64,000 nt of DNA from Octopus sinensis (lineage: Eukaryota), in assembly GCF_006345805.1 (NCBI RefSeq), contig NC_043012.1, positions 41,602,001 to 41,666,000 on the forward strand, read 5' to 3'. The translations under genes and the position numbers were made by a program. A model generated the notes under the pieces. It saw only the letters and a list, made by a program, of their open reading frames with translations. It was not told where the DNA came from and did not search any database. This document shows, piece after piece, positions 1 through 13,280 of the stretch (the first letter of the stretch is position 1; every line of letters starts with the position of its first letter).

Positions 1-58
1 GCAACAATGACGTCGATCACAACTGCAACTCATTGCCGAATAATACTCTTCGGCAAAA

Positions 59-293
59 GCGGCGAGCTGGTAGAAACGTTAGCACGCCGGGCGAAATGCT
101 GAGCGGTATTTTGTCAGCCGTTACGTTCTGAGTTCAAATTCCGCCGAGGTCGACTTTGCCTTTCATCCTTTCGGGGTCCATTAAATAAGTACCAGTTATG
201 CACTGGCATAGATGTAATCGACTTAATCCGTTTGTCTGTCCTTGTTTGTCCTCTCTGTGTTTAGCCCCTTGTGAGTAGAAAAGAAATAGGTAT
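59..293 (+). mobile_element. tRNA-derived SINE, family A (near full length)
   Basis: tRNA-like head GGCGAGCTGGTAGAAACGTTAGC...GAGTTCAAATTCCGCCGAGG (A/B-box-like), then core GTCGACTTTGCCTTTCATCCTTTCGGGGTC. Recurs at 28872 (+) and 33572 (-). Confidence 0.85.
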
Positions 294-295
294 TC

Positions 296-835
296 CGTCT
301 GCCGAGATCGACTTTGCCTAACATCCTTTCGGGGGTCGATAAATTAAGTACCAGTTGTGTACTGGTGTTGATCTCATCGACCGGACCCCTCTCCCTAAAA
401 ATTTCAGGCCTTGTGCCTAGAGTAGAAAAGTATTGTTAGCACGCCGGACTAACGATAAGCCGCATTTCGTCCGTACATTCTGAATTCAAATACCGCCATT
501 TCGACTTCGCATTTCATCCCTTTTGGGGTCAATGATAGAAGTATCAGTTGAGCGCTGGGGGTCGATGTAACTGACTTAACTTTTCCCCTGAACTTGCCGG
601 CCTTGTACCAAAATTTGAATCTGATATGTTTACCCATAGAAGGCAGTGGGGTGGCAGAATCGATAGCACGCCGGGCTAAATGCTTAACAGCTTTTCGTCG
701 GTCTTTACGTTCTGAGTTCAATTTCTGCCAATTACTTTGTGTCATTTCAGCTTCGATAAAATAAATACCAGCTAAGCACCGGCGTTGATGTATTGGACTG
801 AAACCCCACCACCCAAAAAATTGCCAACTCTGTGA
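296..835 (+). mobile_element. Three further partial or diverged family A SINE copies in tandem
   Basis: Repeated core 'gactttgcc..catcctttcggggtcgataaattaagtaccag' near 310, 505 and 735; tRNA-like head at about 650. Confidence 0.75.
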
Positions 836-1167
836 CAAAATGTGATTCCCATATCAAGCATTAGCTCTAGCTCGTACGTTTATAAAAAAAATATGTGATT
901 ACTAATTACTGGTATTTATTTTTAGAGATTAAAGAAATTTTGATAAATGTGTCCATAGTGGAATGGCGGATTAATTTATAAATATTAAAAAAGGCATCAC
1001 GCAAATCTGCAAAATATTTTAATCCTGTTCCTATCATCACAGAGAAGTTCAGACTTCACAATCCGACATCTATTTATAACTCTGTGAAAAGGTTTCACAT
1101 AATTTAGGGACAGGGATATATTGGGTTCAATCGCCACCAATGGTACCTCCTCTCCAACGATACATTA

Positions 1168-1305
1168 TTTTCTTCTCTATTCTAGGCACAAGGCCCGAAA
1201 TTTTGTGGGAGGAGGTCGATCGATTAGATTGACCCCAATACGCAACTGGCACTTGATTTATCGACCCCCGAAAGGATGAAAGGCAAAGTCGACCTCGGCG
1301 GAATT
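1168..1305 (-). mobile_element. Family A SINE, 3' part
   Basis: Reverse complement of the core and tail seen at 299-432. Confidence 0.8.
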
Positions 1306-1887
1306 CCAACGGTTCTATATTTTATCAACAGACTCGATATCGGCAGTATTTGAACGCAGAAGATAAATCGCCGTTTACTAAACACTTCAAGACATTCTTC
1401 TGCTAGTCTACATTTGTAATTCTAGTACGCAACGGCCACATTAGAATCAAACCAACTATAAAGAGAATATGGTAGTCTTTAAATGCATAAAATGATGCCA
1501 GTGTTATAATACGCGAAAAAGAAAACAAAATGGCAGCAAATATATACAAACATAAAAAGGTTAGAAAAAATGTAAGCGAGGGGAAGTATTGAGTGTGAGG
1601 AGAAATAAAGTAAAGAACTTTGTATTCTAGCAACCATTTCATGCCTAATTGCCTCCAGCTAACCAGATCAACATAAAATATGTTCGACAAAACACTTTGC
1701 GATTATTCTTCTTCTTCTTGTTCCTTGTTTTTTTTTCGATTTTTGTTTAGTTTTTGTTGGTTACATTTTTGTTTGTTTTTTTCTTTATGTATTTAAAAAA
1801 TATATATATGTATGCAATAAATTCTACAAAATAAAAATCATGAATTTCGATTGTAGATTGTAGATTGATTGTCTGTGTTTCGGCTTT

Positions 1888-1935
1888 CTGGTAAACATCA
1901 TCTTCGACGTCGTCGTCGTCGTCATCATCATCATC

Positions 1936-1986
<51 letters not shown>

Positions 1987-2000
1987 GTCATAATAATAAT

Positions 2001-2044
<44 letters not shown>

Positions 2045-2290
2045 ACATCGTCATCATTATCATCATCATCATCATCATAATCACCATCATCATTCATCAT
2101 CACCATCGACATCATCATCATCATCATCATCGTCGTCGTCGTCGTTGTCATCATATTCGTTCGCCGTCATCAACGTCATCATCACCGAAGCAACAGCAGC
2201 AGCAACGTCAACATCACCGACATCATTGTCATCATCAACATCATCCTCCACTTCCTCCTCCTCCTCATCATCATCATTATCATCATCATT
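1888..2290. repeat. Compound (CAT)n/(CGT)n trinucleotide microsatellite
   Basis: Directly visible; source of the poly-D, poly-H and poly-M ORFs. Confidence 0.95.
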
Positions 2291-2840
2291 CTACAGAAGA
2301 ATTCGACAAACACGTATATGTTGGATTATCAGATTATCGTTAAAAATATTTTAAAAGCTCGATGGTGACAACAGAACAACCGAACATTTTAAAAATAAAT
2401 ACGATAAAATGAACAACAAAAACATATGAAAATAAAGCAACACCAACAAAACAAATGATTGATTTTATTTGATAAACAGTCTGACATATTCCATGTTAAA
2501 GTTTAGATTGTAAGTCTTGTTCGATAGATTTTTATCTAAGACCTTTGATTTATTTATTTACATTTCTCCTTACTAAGCGTTTTCTGGATTTTTCATTCTT
2601 TCGTTTATTTGCTAGTTGTATCTATATGACTCGCGGCCAGGCTGTAGCACACATTCCAAAAGGACTCAGTCGATTATATTGATCTTAGTAGAGTCTCTAA
2701 TACGCGTTGTATTAATAGTGCATGAAATGAAAAAAATATTAAAACGATTAAGACACACATTAGGCGGGTAAAAGCCAAGTAATCCGATTTCGGTATGTAA
2801 TCCCATAGGATAGGAGATTTCTTTCACATCTCTGTCTCTG

Positions 2841-2924
<84 letters not shown>

Positions 2925-2941
2925 TATATATATATATATAT

Positions 2942-4780
2942 AACATTGTCGGCACAATCATGCCGTCATACACACTTCTTTCCGCTTTCATACGCAACCT
3001 TTCATCTCTCAGCATACCTTTCACAACTCCGAGTATTTTACTCCCCTCCCTCACTATATATCCCACTTCCTCAGCCACCTCCCCCCCCCATCAGCCGTCA
3101 CATGTGATCCCAGGTACTTAGAGACACTCACCCTCTCTAACACCTCTATACCTGGCGCCTCACATTCATCTTACCAGCCATTCCATCTCTCGAACATTTC
3201 ATCAGTTTACTTTTGGCAACATTCACTTTCAGTTTCCTACTCTCACACACTCTTCCAAACTCTACCACCAGTTGCTCTTCCGAATCCGTCACCGGTGCTG
3301 TATCATCAGCAAATAAAAACTGACTCACCTCCCATTTCTCTTCATCTTTTTCCACCATATGGGCTTCCCTATCAGAGGTTCTAACATTCACCTCTCTCAT
3401 CACACCATCTGTATATAGATTAAATAGCGACGGAGACATCACACAACCTTGTCTTAACTCCACCTTCACATCAAACCACTCACTTACTTCAACACCCACC
3501 CACCCTAACGTACGCCCTACTTTCTCTGTGAAAGCTCTGTACAGCTCTCAACAGTTTACAATCTACTCCATGCAACCACAACACCTTCCACATTTCATCC
3601 TTATCCACACGGTCATATGCCTTCTTTAGGTTCATAAAGGCCCAATATACATCCCACCCTTCTCACACATCTGCTTTATTACAAATATCTGATCTTCACA
3701 CCCCCTTCCACTCCTAAAACTCCTGCCCTAGTACATTCTTTGTCTGGTTCTTCACCCTTACAATCACAATTCTCCCATACAGCTTACCAACCACACGTAA
3801 CAGACTTATACCCCTAAAATTTCCACACTCACATTTATCCCCTTTCCCCTTGTACAGTGACACCATACAGGCACTGCACCACTCCTTTAGTATTTTCCAC
3901 TCAAATAACAAACCTTCATAAGCCTCCCTAACCATCCAATCACTGCTACTCCACCTTTCTTTAGGCATTCCACTCTACACCCATCTATATCTGGCACCTT
4001 CCAGTTTGCCATCTTCTGGCGTGATTCCCTCATCTCCTATCCATAGTTCCATTCCCCAACAACAGGCATTCACCTCTCTCCTCCTACCGCTACTAGACTT
4101 GCCTTCCGATCATCCGCCACATTTAACAACTCACTAAAATACTCTGCCCATCATTTCCTTTGTACATCCTCACTTCCTTACAACAAATTCTTTCTTCCTT
4201 CCAACCATCTTTCTTACTCCCTGTGCCTCTTTCCAAAACATCTTTTTACTCCTTACAAGATATTAACCCAACTTTTTTCCCGAACCTTTCACTCGCCTCC
4301 CATTCCGCCACCCTCACCACACTCTTCACTCTCCTCTTCACTTCTCTGTAACGATCATAAGCCTCTGCATCCCTTTTCTGCAACCACTCTTCAAAGGCTC
4401 TTTTCTTCTCTTCCACGCCCCCCTTACATGCTCATTCCACCACTCACCAACTTTCCTCACACCTATTCCAATCACTCGTGTACCGCATACCTCTGAGGCA
4501 CATCTGATTACTGCCTCTCTAATGGCCTTCCACTCCTCCTCCATATCTCCTACCTCCCGTTTCTCAACCTGTTCATATTCATCTCTCAATTTCTCTATAT
4601 ACACCCGCTCCTTCCCTCTTTTATCCAGTTCACTCACATTCACAACCTCTGTCCTCCCCGTGACTCATCTAGCATTCCATTTCGAGTATACCTTCTACTT
4701 ACCCTATACTAAGAAGTGCTGTGACACCCCTCAACCTTCACCTCTCACTACATGCACATCCACCAACATTCCTACCTTTC
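2942..4780 (-). mobile_element. RTE-clade LINE, fragmented reverse transcriptase region
   Basis: Minus-strand ORF pieces: LYKGKGDKCECGNFRGISLL, LRQGCVMSPSLFNLY, FLFADD (RT catalytic motif), KLKVNVAKSK. Frameshifted; ends at a (TC)n/(TA)n tract at 2829-2941. Confidence 0.9.
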
Positions 4781-4809
4781 TCTTATCATATACATATATA
4801 TATATATAT

Positions 4810-4962
4810 ATATACATATATACGACGGGCTTCTTTCAGTTTCCGTCTACCAAATCCACTCTCAAGGCTTTGTTTGGCCCGAGGCTATAATAGAAGAGAC
4901 TTGCCCAAGCTGTCACGCTGTGGGACTGAACCCGGAACCATGTGGCTACATACTACACAGCC
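4810..4962 (-). mobile_element. tRNA-derived SINE, family B, 5' half
   Basis: Reverse complement of the head and body seen intact at 49727 and 55895. Confidence 0.85.
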
Positions 4963-4984
4963 TATATTATATATATATATATAT

Positions 4985-5492
4985 ATATAACTGTAGTTGT
5001 GTGAGTGTCTGTCTCCTACGATTTAGATTCCTAACTCCTCCCACGTTTTGCGGTGCAGTTTAGCCAAATTCAGGTATCTTATAATCGTGATTAATATCGA
5101 GCCCGTCTGGCTATTAGCGCGCGTCTACGATGAGTCTACGATTTTAAAAATAATTTAACATCATTTTTTATTCCATTTTAATGCATAATTTTTCGTGTGT
5201 CGATGGCGGCGGAGTTGGCGTCCACGCTCAAACACCTGCACCTGTGTTTGCTTCTCCCCCTTCTTCCCTCCCTCGTGAAGCTGTGGGGAAGGGAGTTTAA
5301 GGAAATCAACGTCGTAATGCGTTGTCAAGGAGACCAGCGTTCTTTTAGAACAACGACTTCATGGCTTGAAGACACCAAAACAGAAATGGCTAAGAAAGCC
5401 CGAATTGGCATCTATAAAGGAAGTAACTCTCTAAAAATGCTTATATAGTTATTTCCCTTACAAGCCCGAGCAACGCCGGGCGATACTGCTAG
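4985..5492 (+). mobile_element. Non-autonomous Helitron
   Basis: 3' end is a GC hairpin GCCCGAGCAACGCCGGGC (5464-5481) followed by CTAG|T (5489-5492). Homologous to the copies at 6488 and 14097. Confidence 0.85.
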
Positions 5493-5499
5493 TATATAT

Positions 5500-5825
5500 A
5501 TAAAGGAAATGAAGAAAATGCTGACAAAATAATTTAAGTAAGGGAGAGTGTATTTAATTAGGTGAAAGTTCTTTTTACCGGTTGCACATTTGTTATGCTT
5601 ATCAAAAGATATTTTTTAAGAGAGATAGAGTCCCTTTCTGGTAGATTTTTTTCTCTTATCCGACAGATAAGAGAAAAAAATCTATCAGAAAGGAACTCTA
5701 TCTCTCTTAAAAAATATCTTTGATAAGCATAACAATGTGCAACCGGTAAAAAGAACTTTCACCTAATTAAATACACTCTCCCTTACTTAAATTATTTTGT
5801 CAGCATTTTCTTCATTTCCTTTTTT
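5500..5825. repeat. Fold-back palindrome, arms about 160 bp, 5-nt spacer
   Basis: 5502-5660 is the near-perfect reverse complement of 5666-5823; centre CTTATC-cgaca-GATAAG. Confidence 0.92.
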
Positions 5826-5863
5826 TATATATCACAACTCGTGTTCCACATCTCCTTTTTTAA

Positions 5864-5942
<79 letters not shown>

Positions 5943-6453
5943 ATATATATTATATATACATATATATATATACATATATATATATATACATATATATATC
6001 TATACATATATATTTTCCTGATTAAGGGGACATTATCTATATATGAACTATAAAATTCACACCTTACGAGGACAAATGGACTTCTGAAACAGCCGTAGAA
6101 ATTTCTCTTACCTGTTCTTATAACCAGTTATATATGTTTTTAGAACTCTTAAAACAAATATATTTCTCTGACTTTAAAATTCCTAATTAAAGTTTCTCAC
6201 TACCGTCAATGTAATTTCTAAGTTTTAAATTTTAATTTTTAATTCTACATTGTTAATTTTTAATTTTAATAAGTGTTTCTTATATTCGCTATATCACTCC
6301 ACACATCGACTTTTCTCTTGCTCATATCATCATGCATATTCATATTTCATATATCTCTTATTTCTATTATATTCTTAAATAGTACTTTAATATGCTCTGA
6401 ATGTCTTAACGTGGTTGTTGTATTAATGTAATTCTTTAAGTTATATTATTTAC

Positions 6454-6487
<34 letters not shown>

Positions 6488-6488
<1 letters not shown>

Positions 6489-6883
6489 TAGCAGTATCGC
6501 CCGGCGTTGCTCGGGTTTGTAAGGGAAATAACTATATAAGCATTTTTAGAGAGTTATAGCCAAAAATAGCAAAAAAATGCATTAAAAATGGAAAAAAAAT
6601 GATGGTAATTTTTTTTAAATCGTTGACTCATCGTAGACATTTTTAGAGAGTTACTTCCCTTATATAATAGCGAAAAAATGCGTTAAAATGGAAAAAATGA
6701 TGGTAATTTTTTTTTAAATCGTAGACTCATCGTAGACGCGCTCTAATACCCAGAAGGGCTCGATATGAATCACGACTATAAGATACCCGCTTTTGGTTAA
6801 ACTGGACCGCAAAATGTGGGAGTAGTTAGGAATCTAAATCGTAGGAGACAGACAGTACACAACCTCACTTTTATATATAAAGA
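6488..6883 (-). mobile_element. Non-autonomous Helitron
   Basis: Minus strand reads A|TCTTTATATA...hairpin...CTAG|T: canonical termini and an AT target with no TSD. Confidence 0.9.
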
Positions 6884-6954
6884 TATCCAAATGCACAAAA
6901 ACGCGGGAGCGCAGACACACGCACGTACGTACGCACATAAAAATTGGCACTCCA

Positions 6955-7250
6955 ATTACGAGGATCAAGGTTCCAGCTGATCCGAGCAACAGAACAGCCT
7001 GCTCTTGAAATTAACGTCTAAGTGACCTCAGCACTCAACAGGCACACGCGCCCTTGACGTAGTTGTCAAGAAGATTCAGTGTAACACAGAATATAGCAAG
7101 GCGGACCACATTGTATTACCGGTACTACTCATTCCTGCCAGCTGAGTGGACTGGAGCAACGTGAAACAAAGTGTCTTGGTCGAAGAAACAACGCAACGCC
7201 GGGAATCGAACTCACAACATTAAGATCGTGAGCTGAATACCCTAATCTTA
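6955..7250 (-). mobile_element. tRNA-derived SINE, family C
   Basis: Core 'gaacagcctgctc.tgaaattaacgt..aagtg' shared with 12962, 21775, 27420 and 33250; head 'gggaatcgaactc'. Confidence 0.8.
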
Positions 7251-7263
7251 AGTCACGCATCTT

Positions 7264-7294
<31 letters not shown>

Positions 7295-7304
7295 CAGGCA
7301 TGCA

Positions 7305-7625
7305 TGTTTCAGGTTCTATATGTGACAGTTTAATCATGCCATGTACAAAAGAAGCCGTACAAAAGGTGGACTTAGCGTAAAATCGTAGAGAAAACCTTAG
7401 GATCATGCTTTCTACAGTTAATAGGGTGATTGTGCAATTCACAAGAGAAGGGAAGGAGTCTTAATCACTTTTCCCAGGTCAACCTGGGCCGTATGACAGG
7501 ATCCTTTGGGGTTTTTTTAAGTGGAGTGTGAAAGATAATCCTCAATGCAGGGCCTCTGACATAGAAGAAACTAATTGATGTCAGTCCCAGAACAGCTGTC
7601 AGGTATCTCCATAAACGTGGCCACC
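7305..7625 (+). mobile_element. Tc1-like transposon, 5' fragment
   Basis: Colinear similarity to 8677-9000 (aggttctatatgt...gatgtcagtcccagaacagct). Confidence 0.75.
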
Positions 7626-8058
7626 GTGTGGGTTGGATCTACAAAATCTTTCGTCAAGTTATGAATATTTAATGCAAATCTGAAGCGTTGTCTTTCTCTT
7701 CAGAATCCAATCAATCTATAATCTTTCCGTTTCACAACCACGAATGGAGAGGCAGCATCGTCGACAGAATCTGAGACTTGCGTCTGGTTTACTTTGTTCA
7801 CAACAACTCAGAAGAAGTTTATATCTGGACAATGAGAGAATATATTAGTTTCATATGACGTTCATTAGGTTACTTCTGAAATTAGATATTTTAATGATGT
7901 AAAGCAAAAATTATAATTGACGAATGAATAGCAGTAATTATTCTGCAACTGTTCTTCTGGAGGTTCCCAGCGGAGATCATTGGAAATTTACATGGGAAAC
8001 TGTCTCGAAGTATGCGCTCATATACGTGTTTGTGTGGGCTTGTGTATGTGTGTATATG

Positions 8059-8136
<78 letters not shown>

Positions 8137-8324
8137 CTGTGTGGGTGTGTGTGTGTGTGTATACTCATATATAAATATATAATATACACAGACGCACATA
8201 AATGGGTGTGTGCTTCAATGTATATATTTATGAACTTGTGTCATTATACACATATTTCTGCATTATCAGGCGTACATTAAAATGTCTATATACAAATGTG
8301 CATGCAAATGTCAGTAGAAACATA

Positions 8325-8520
8325 CATACATACATACATACATGCATGCGTACATATATACATACATACATGCATACATACATACATACATACATACATA
8401 CATACACACATACATACATACATACATACATACATACATACATACATACATACATACATACATGCATACATACATACATGCATACATACATACATACATA
8501 CATACATACATACATACATA
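8325..8520. repeat. (CATA)n microsatellite; similar tracts at 10120-10260 and 10520-10660
   Basis: Directly visible. Confidence 0.95.
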
Positions 8521-8676
8521 CGTGTACACGTATGCAGACATTCCTATTTCTATCAAAGAAGTAACACATACACAGACATGACAGAAGTCAATAGATACAC
8601 CATACAAAATTGTTTTATGCTTATTCTAACTTGTAAAGGTTTATATTTTTTTTTATTAAGGAATATTTTAATGTTT

Positions 8677-9720
8677 CAGGTTCTATATGTACTTATTTAA
8701 TCATGTCACGTACAAAAGAAGCCTTGGAACTGTCCAAATTTGAAAGAGCCGTATTGTAGGATCAATCTTAAGGTGTACTTAGCGTAAAATCGCACGAAAC
8801 CTTGGGATCTGACATTTTACAGTTCATAGGGTGATTGTGCAATTCACCAGAGACATTGCTCAGGTCGACTTTTGCCCTCTGACATGACCCTTTGCTTTGT
8901 TAAGTGGAGTTCGGAGGAGAATCCTCATTGCAAGGCCGCTGACATAGCAGAATAAGTTGATGTCAGTCCCAGAACAGCTATCAGGTATCTCCACAAACCT
9001 GGTTGCTATGGTAGAGCAGCAAGAAGGAGGCCACTTCTTTGGCCAGCCAATATCAAGTGGAAAAAGATTGGACCAGTGAGATGATGGAGTGGCCGCTAGC
9101 ACTTTGGGACACTGTCATATTCTCTGATGAGTCCAGATTTGCTGTATTCTCTGACAGTGTTCCAGGGTGGGTCAGGAGACTCTCTAATCACTAATTTGAC
9201 ATGAAATGATTGCTGTCAACAATGAAACAAGGCAGCTATTCTGTGAGGGTCAGGGGTGAAATTTCAGAACTGCTGGAGTGTGATGGAAACATAAACACAG
9301 ATAAATATTTGTCCATATTGCAGAAAAGACTCCTTCCAATCCTTCTCCAATGGTGACACGATTAAAGAAGATTCTTTATTTATGGAAGATGGGGCTCCTT
9401 GTCACATGGCTAGAAAGTCCCAAGATTTGTTGGAAAAGAAGGACGTTAAAAAAACTTCCATGGCCAAGCCAGTCATCTGATATGAACCCTATCGAATACT
9501 TCTGGGGCATAATGTACAAGACACTTCATAAAAAGAACAAAAAAGCATCCTCAAAGCCAGATCTTTTGAGATTACTGAATGAAACTTAGCAAGAAATTCC
9601 GCTAGAGAATATTCACCATCTGATCAGTAACATGCCTTATAGTATCCTTGCAATGAAAAATGCAAAGGGCATGTCTATTAAATATTCGATATTCACATTA
9701 TGATAATTTACAAATAATTT
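8677..9720 (+). mobile_element. Degenerate Tc1-family (DD34E) transposase copy
   Basis: Motifs VIFSDESRF (about 9115-9140), FMEDGAPCH (about 9380) and WPSQSSDMNPIEYFW (about 9460-9505). D-to-E spacing is 34 across one frameshift; multiple stops. Confidence 0.88.
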
Positions 9721-9956
9721 GAAAGTATAATTTCAGATTTATATAAATGTTAATGATTATAAAGGTATCTATTTACTTATGTCATGTCTTAGTACATTCA
9801 TATGCACGCATATATATATATGCATATATATATATATGTGGTTTTACTGAGATCTCCCTTTTAGTAGAAAGAATAGCTACAACTCTTTGACTGCTATTTC
9901 TAAACTCGGTGTGTGGTGAGGCAAATCGTTGCTAAACCCTTAATTACTTAGTATTA

Positions 9957-10001
<45 letters not shown>

Positions 10002-10010
10002 ATATATATA

Positions 10011-10055
<45 letters not shown>

Positions 10056-10128
10056 ATGTTAACGTATAAATTACAATCCCACTATCAGTGTATATATACA
10101 TATATATATATACATACACATACATACA

Positions 10129-10164
<36 letters not shown>

Positions 10165-10520
10165 TCTACATACATACATACATACATACATACATACATA
10201 CATACATACATACATACATTCATACATACATACATACATACATACATACATACATACATAGAAAGGCTCAAAGGTCCATCCCCAGCCATTAGCTCATAAA
10301 TCCCGTTACATGAATTCTGTTTGTGTATATATATATATTCACCTCTGGGACTGAGCGCAGATTCGTTGCAGGATTGCTCATTTATGCCAGTAGGAGCCAA
10401 ATGAAATTAAGTGTTTCGCTCTCAAGAACACAGCTCATCGCCCGATCCAGTACTTGAAACCACAACCTCATGAGTGCAACACACTAAACCACTAAACTAT
10501 GCTCCCCTCCACACACACAC

Positions 10521-10551
<31 letters not shown>

Positions 10552-10689
10552 TGTATATATGTATGTATGTATGTATGTATGTACGTACGTATGTATGTAT
10601 GTATGTATGTATGTATGTATGTATGTATGTATGTACGTACGTACGTATGTATGTATGTATGTAAGCATGCATGCACGCGCAGCAAGACT

Positions 10690-12400
10690 CTCTCTGAAAG
10701 TAATATAAGGCTTGAATCTAAAAATTGCTTTCTTACATTTTAAGGGAGAATATTCAAGAACTGTGGTCCTTTGAAGCCCAATTGTTTGAAATTCTTGCTC
10801 TGGTTGATGAGGAACCATGTGTATTTTTTAGAGATTTGTATAATTTGACACCAGTTACTTCACGACTTTCTGGATATGAAAAATTTGGGGATGGCATCCC
10901 CTGCATTCTAGGCTTCAAGATCTTTTATAATAACTCATTTATTGCGTGTTTCGTTTGTCTTTCCTTTCGTAGTAAGCTTAGCAGTATGAAGGGATTCGTA
11001 GGAAACAGTAACCTTGGTAACTGATAATATATATTCTCCCGAGAATTCAGAACTTTTCTTGTTTTCTTCTTCATATGCTTAGGATCTGTCTTCTACATGT
11101 GTTCTACATGTGTTTTTGCCATTTTAATATCTGCATGGAATAATGCTCTGTTTCTCATTACAACACCCAGTATCTAAACCGCGTATTTCCATTTCATCTG
11201 GTTTGAACTATTTCGAGGGATGAACAGCAAAGCTTTCGCGTTTTCTACATTGAATTTCTTTTTTTTTGTTCTACCCTTTTGTATACGGTATCAAAGTCTT
11301 TTAGGCCTCTTTTACATTTTCGAAACAGGTTACTGCATTTGATATCGTAATGTATCGACATAGCTAGTAAGGTTGGTTATGCAAACAAGTGAGGATAAGT
11401 CTAGCAAACAATACCGGTCCCGGCAGCACCTCAATATGGTTGCACTCTCTAGAAAGTAGATTTTTTCATGAAGGTCAACGTTGTCTCTAAAAACCAAATT
11501 TTAGTCTTTTAGGAAACCATAAAATCCCTGTCGTAAATTTCTGATTTGTACGAAAATTACAAAGCTAGTGATATATTATTCTGTGATTAAATTTGTCGAA
11601 AGTTTTTGCAAAGTCCATCTTAGCTATACCACATCCATATTTCATTGAATGGCTTTTTTATCAGAAAGTCATAATTCTGCAAAAGTTGTGACGAAGCGAA
11701 AACATTTTGTCTTTCGCTTCTACCGGTCCATTTCTTCCCTGAGTCTTCTGAAATGGAATATAGTACCTGTAATTTTTTTTTCTTTGGATCTAGTTTTTCA
11801 CTTCTGTTAGTTTTTTGGTGGTTTTTTCCCCATATTTTGGAGGGTTGGCCAGTGTTGCTCGAAGTCCAATCGTGGAATTTCTGTGACAATAGTTAAGTTT
11901 TTAAAATTATTTTTACACCTGTCCTTCACTTAACCACATCAGTTCTATTTTCCTTGCTCGTGTTTATTTTTTTTTTACATTAGTTTACATTAACTTGGTG
12001 GCAGGTTGGGTCCGGTGCAGGTAGTTGAGTTTTCAGTGCAATTCTTTTTAATGACATCGTTTGCAGAGTTTGTTGATGTAAGAAGGAAGTAGCAGAAGCG
12101 CCTTCATCCATGGCCATGGTATTCGATTAAGGTAAATCAATACTTGGCTTTGATATCCTTTAACGATTTGTAAGGAATTGTGATAGCAGCATTATTCACC
12201 TTTCTGTCTCATAAGTTAAACTATGGTCTGACACCTGGAAACAACGAATTTTCAAAGAATCTTATTAAACCTTTGTCATCGGATTCTCTTCAAGATCCCT
12301 ATCCGGAAGCAGAATACTAATTTTTCATCTACATTTCAAGAGAGCCAATATGGCTATCTTCTTTATGAAAATCTCTTCTCTTTTGCTTCATAATAGTATA
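10690..12400 (-). mobile_element. Highly decayed CR1/L2-group LINE (RT and C-terminal region)
   Basis: Minus-strand remnants MDFAKTFDK (about 11590-11620), DT/LGVVMRNRALFH-like (about 11130-11180) and LGFKGPQFLNILP (about 10745-10785). Colinear with the better preserved copy at 23995-25060. Confidence 0.7.
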
Positions 12401-12961
12401 TATTCCATCCAATATTTACAAATATGTGTAATGAAAAAATAATAAACGAAAATATTTCGTCTTCTATATTTGTTGAAGTTTTGAAAATATATTCCACACT
12501 ATTGCCTATTGTTATAGCTACCGATATTTGAAAGAAATAGCATAGATATGTATCTATATATGTTTTGTTAGTATTCAGGTATATTTTTCTATTATTAACT
12601 ATTTATAAACTTACCAATGCCTCGCGGAAATTGTACAGCTATATATTTATATATGTGTGAAGATATTTCTCAACATGGTTTGTCAGTATTTCATTGTGTT
12701 AGTTACTATTATAGCTACCAATACCTGAAAAGAATTGTGCTGTTATAAACTCCATTGTGTGTTCGTGTCGATATTTTTTATTGCAGTTTGTCATTCGTGC
12801 AAATGTATCCATTTTTGTTTTTTACATAAATTCTATCTCCAAAAAAACACGTAACATTTTCAACAGAGTTAGGCTATTTTGTAAAGAAATAAAACTACCA
12901 TCTTAAATCTTCCCAGAAATCTTGTAGATATATAACGTGGATGACTGACAGAATCACTACC

Positions 12962-13280
12962 ACAGCACTCCGTCGGTTACGACGACAAGAGCTCCAGTTG
13001 ATCCAAACATCGGAACAGCCTACTCGTGAAATTAACGTGCAAGTGGCTGTGACAAGACTGGCTCTTTGAAATACAAGTACAACAGAAACAGGAAGAAAGA
13101 GTGAGAGAAGTTTGTGGTGAAAGAGTACAGCAGGGTTCGCTACCACCCGCTGCCGGAGCCTCGTGGATCTTTAGGTGTTTTAGCTCAATAAACACTCTCA
13201 ACGCCCGGTCTGGGAATCAAAACCGCGATCCTATGACCGCGAGTGCGCTGCCCTAACTATTGGGTCGTTGCACCTCCACT
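12962..13280 (-). mobile_element. Family C SINE with internal deletion
   Basis: High similarity to 27420-27805. Confidence 0.88.

Noticed and set aside
1403-1690. 95-aa hydrophobic minus-strand ORF that looks membrane-protein-like
   Set aside because: Hydrophobicity follows from T-rich composition; no recognisable motif or convincing splice context.
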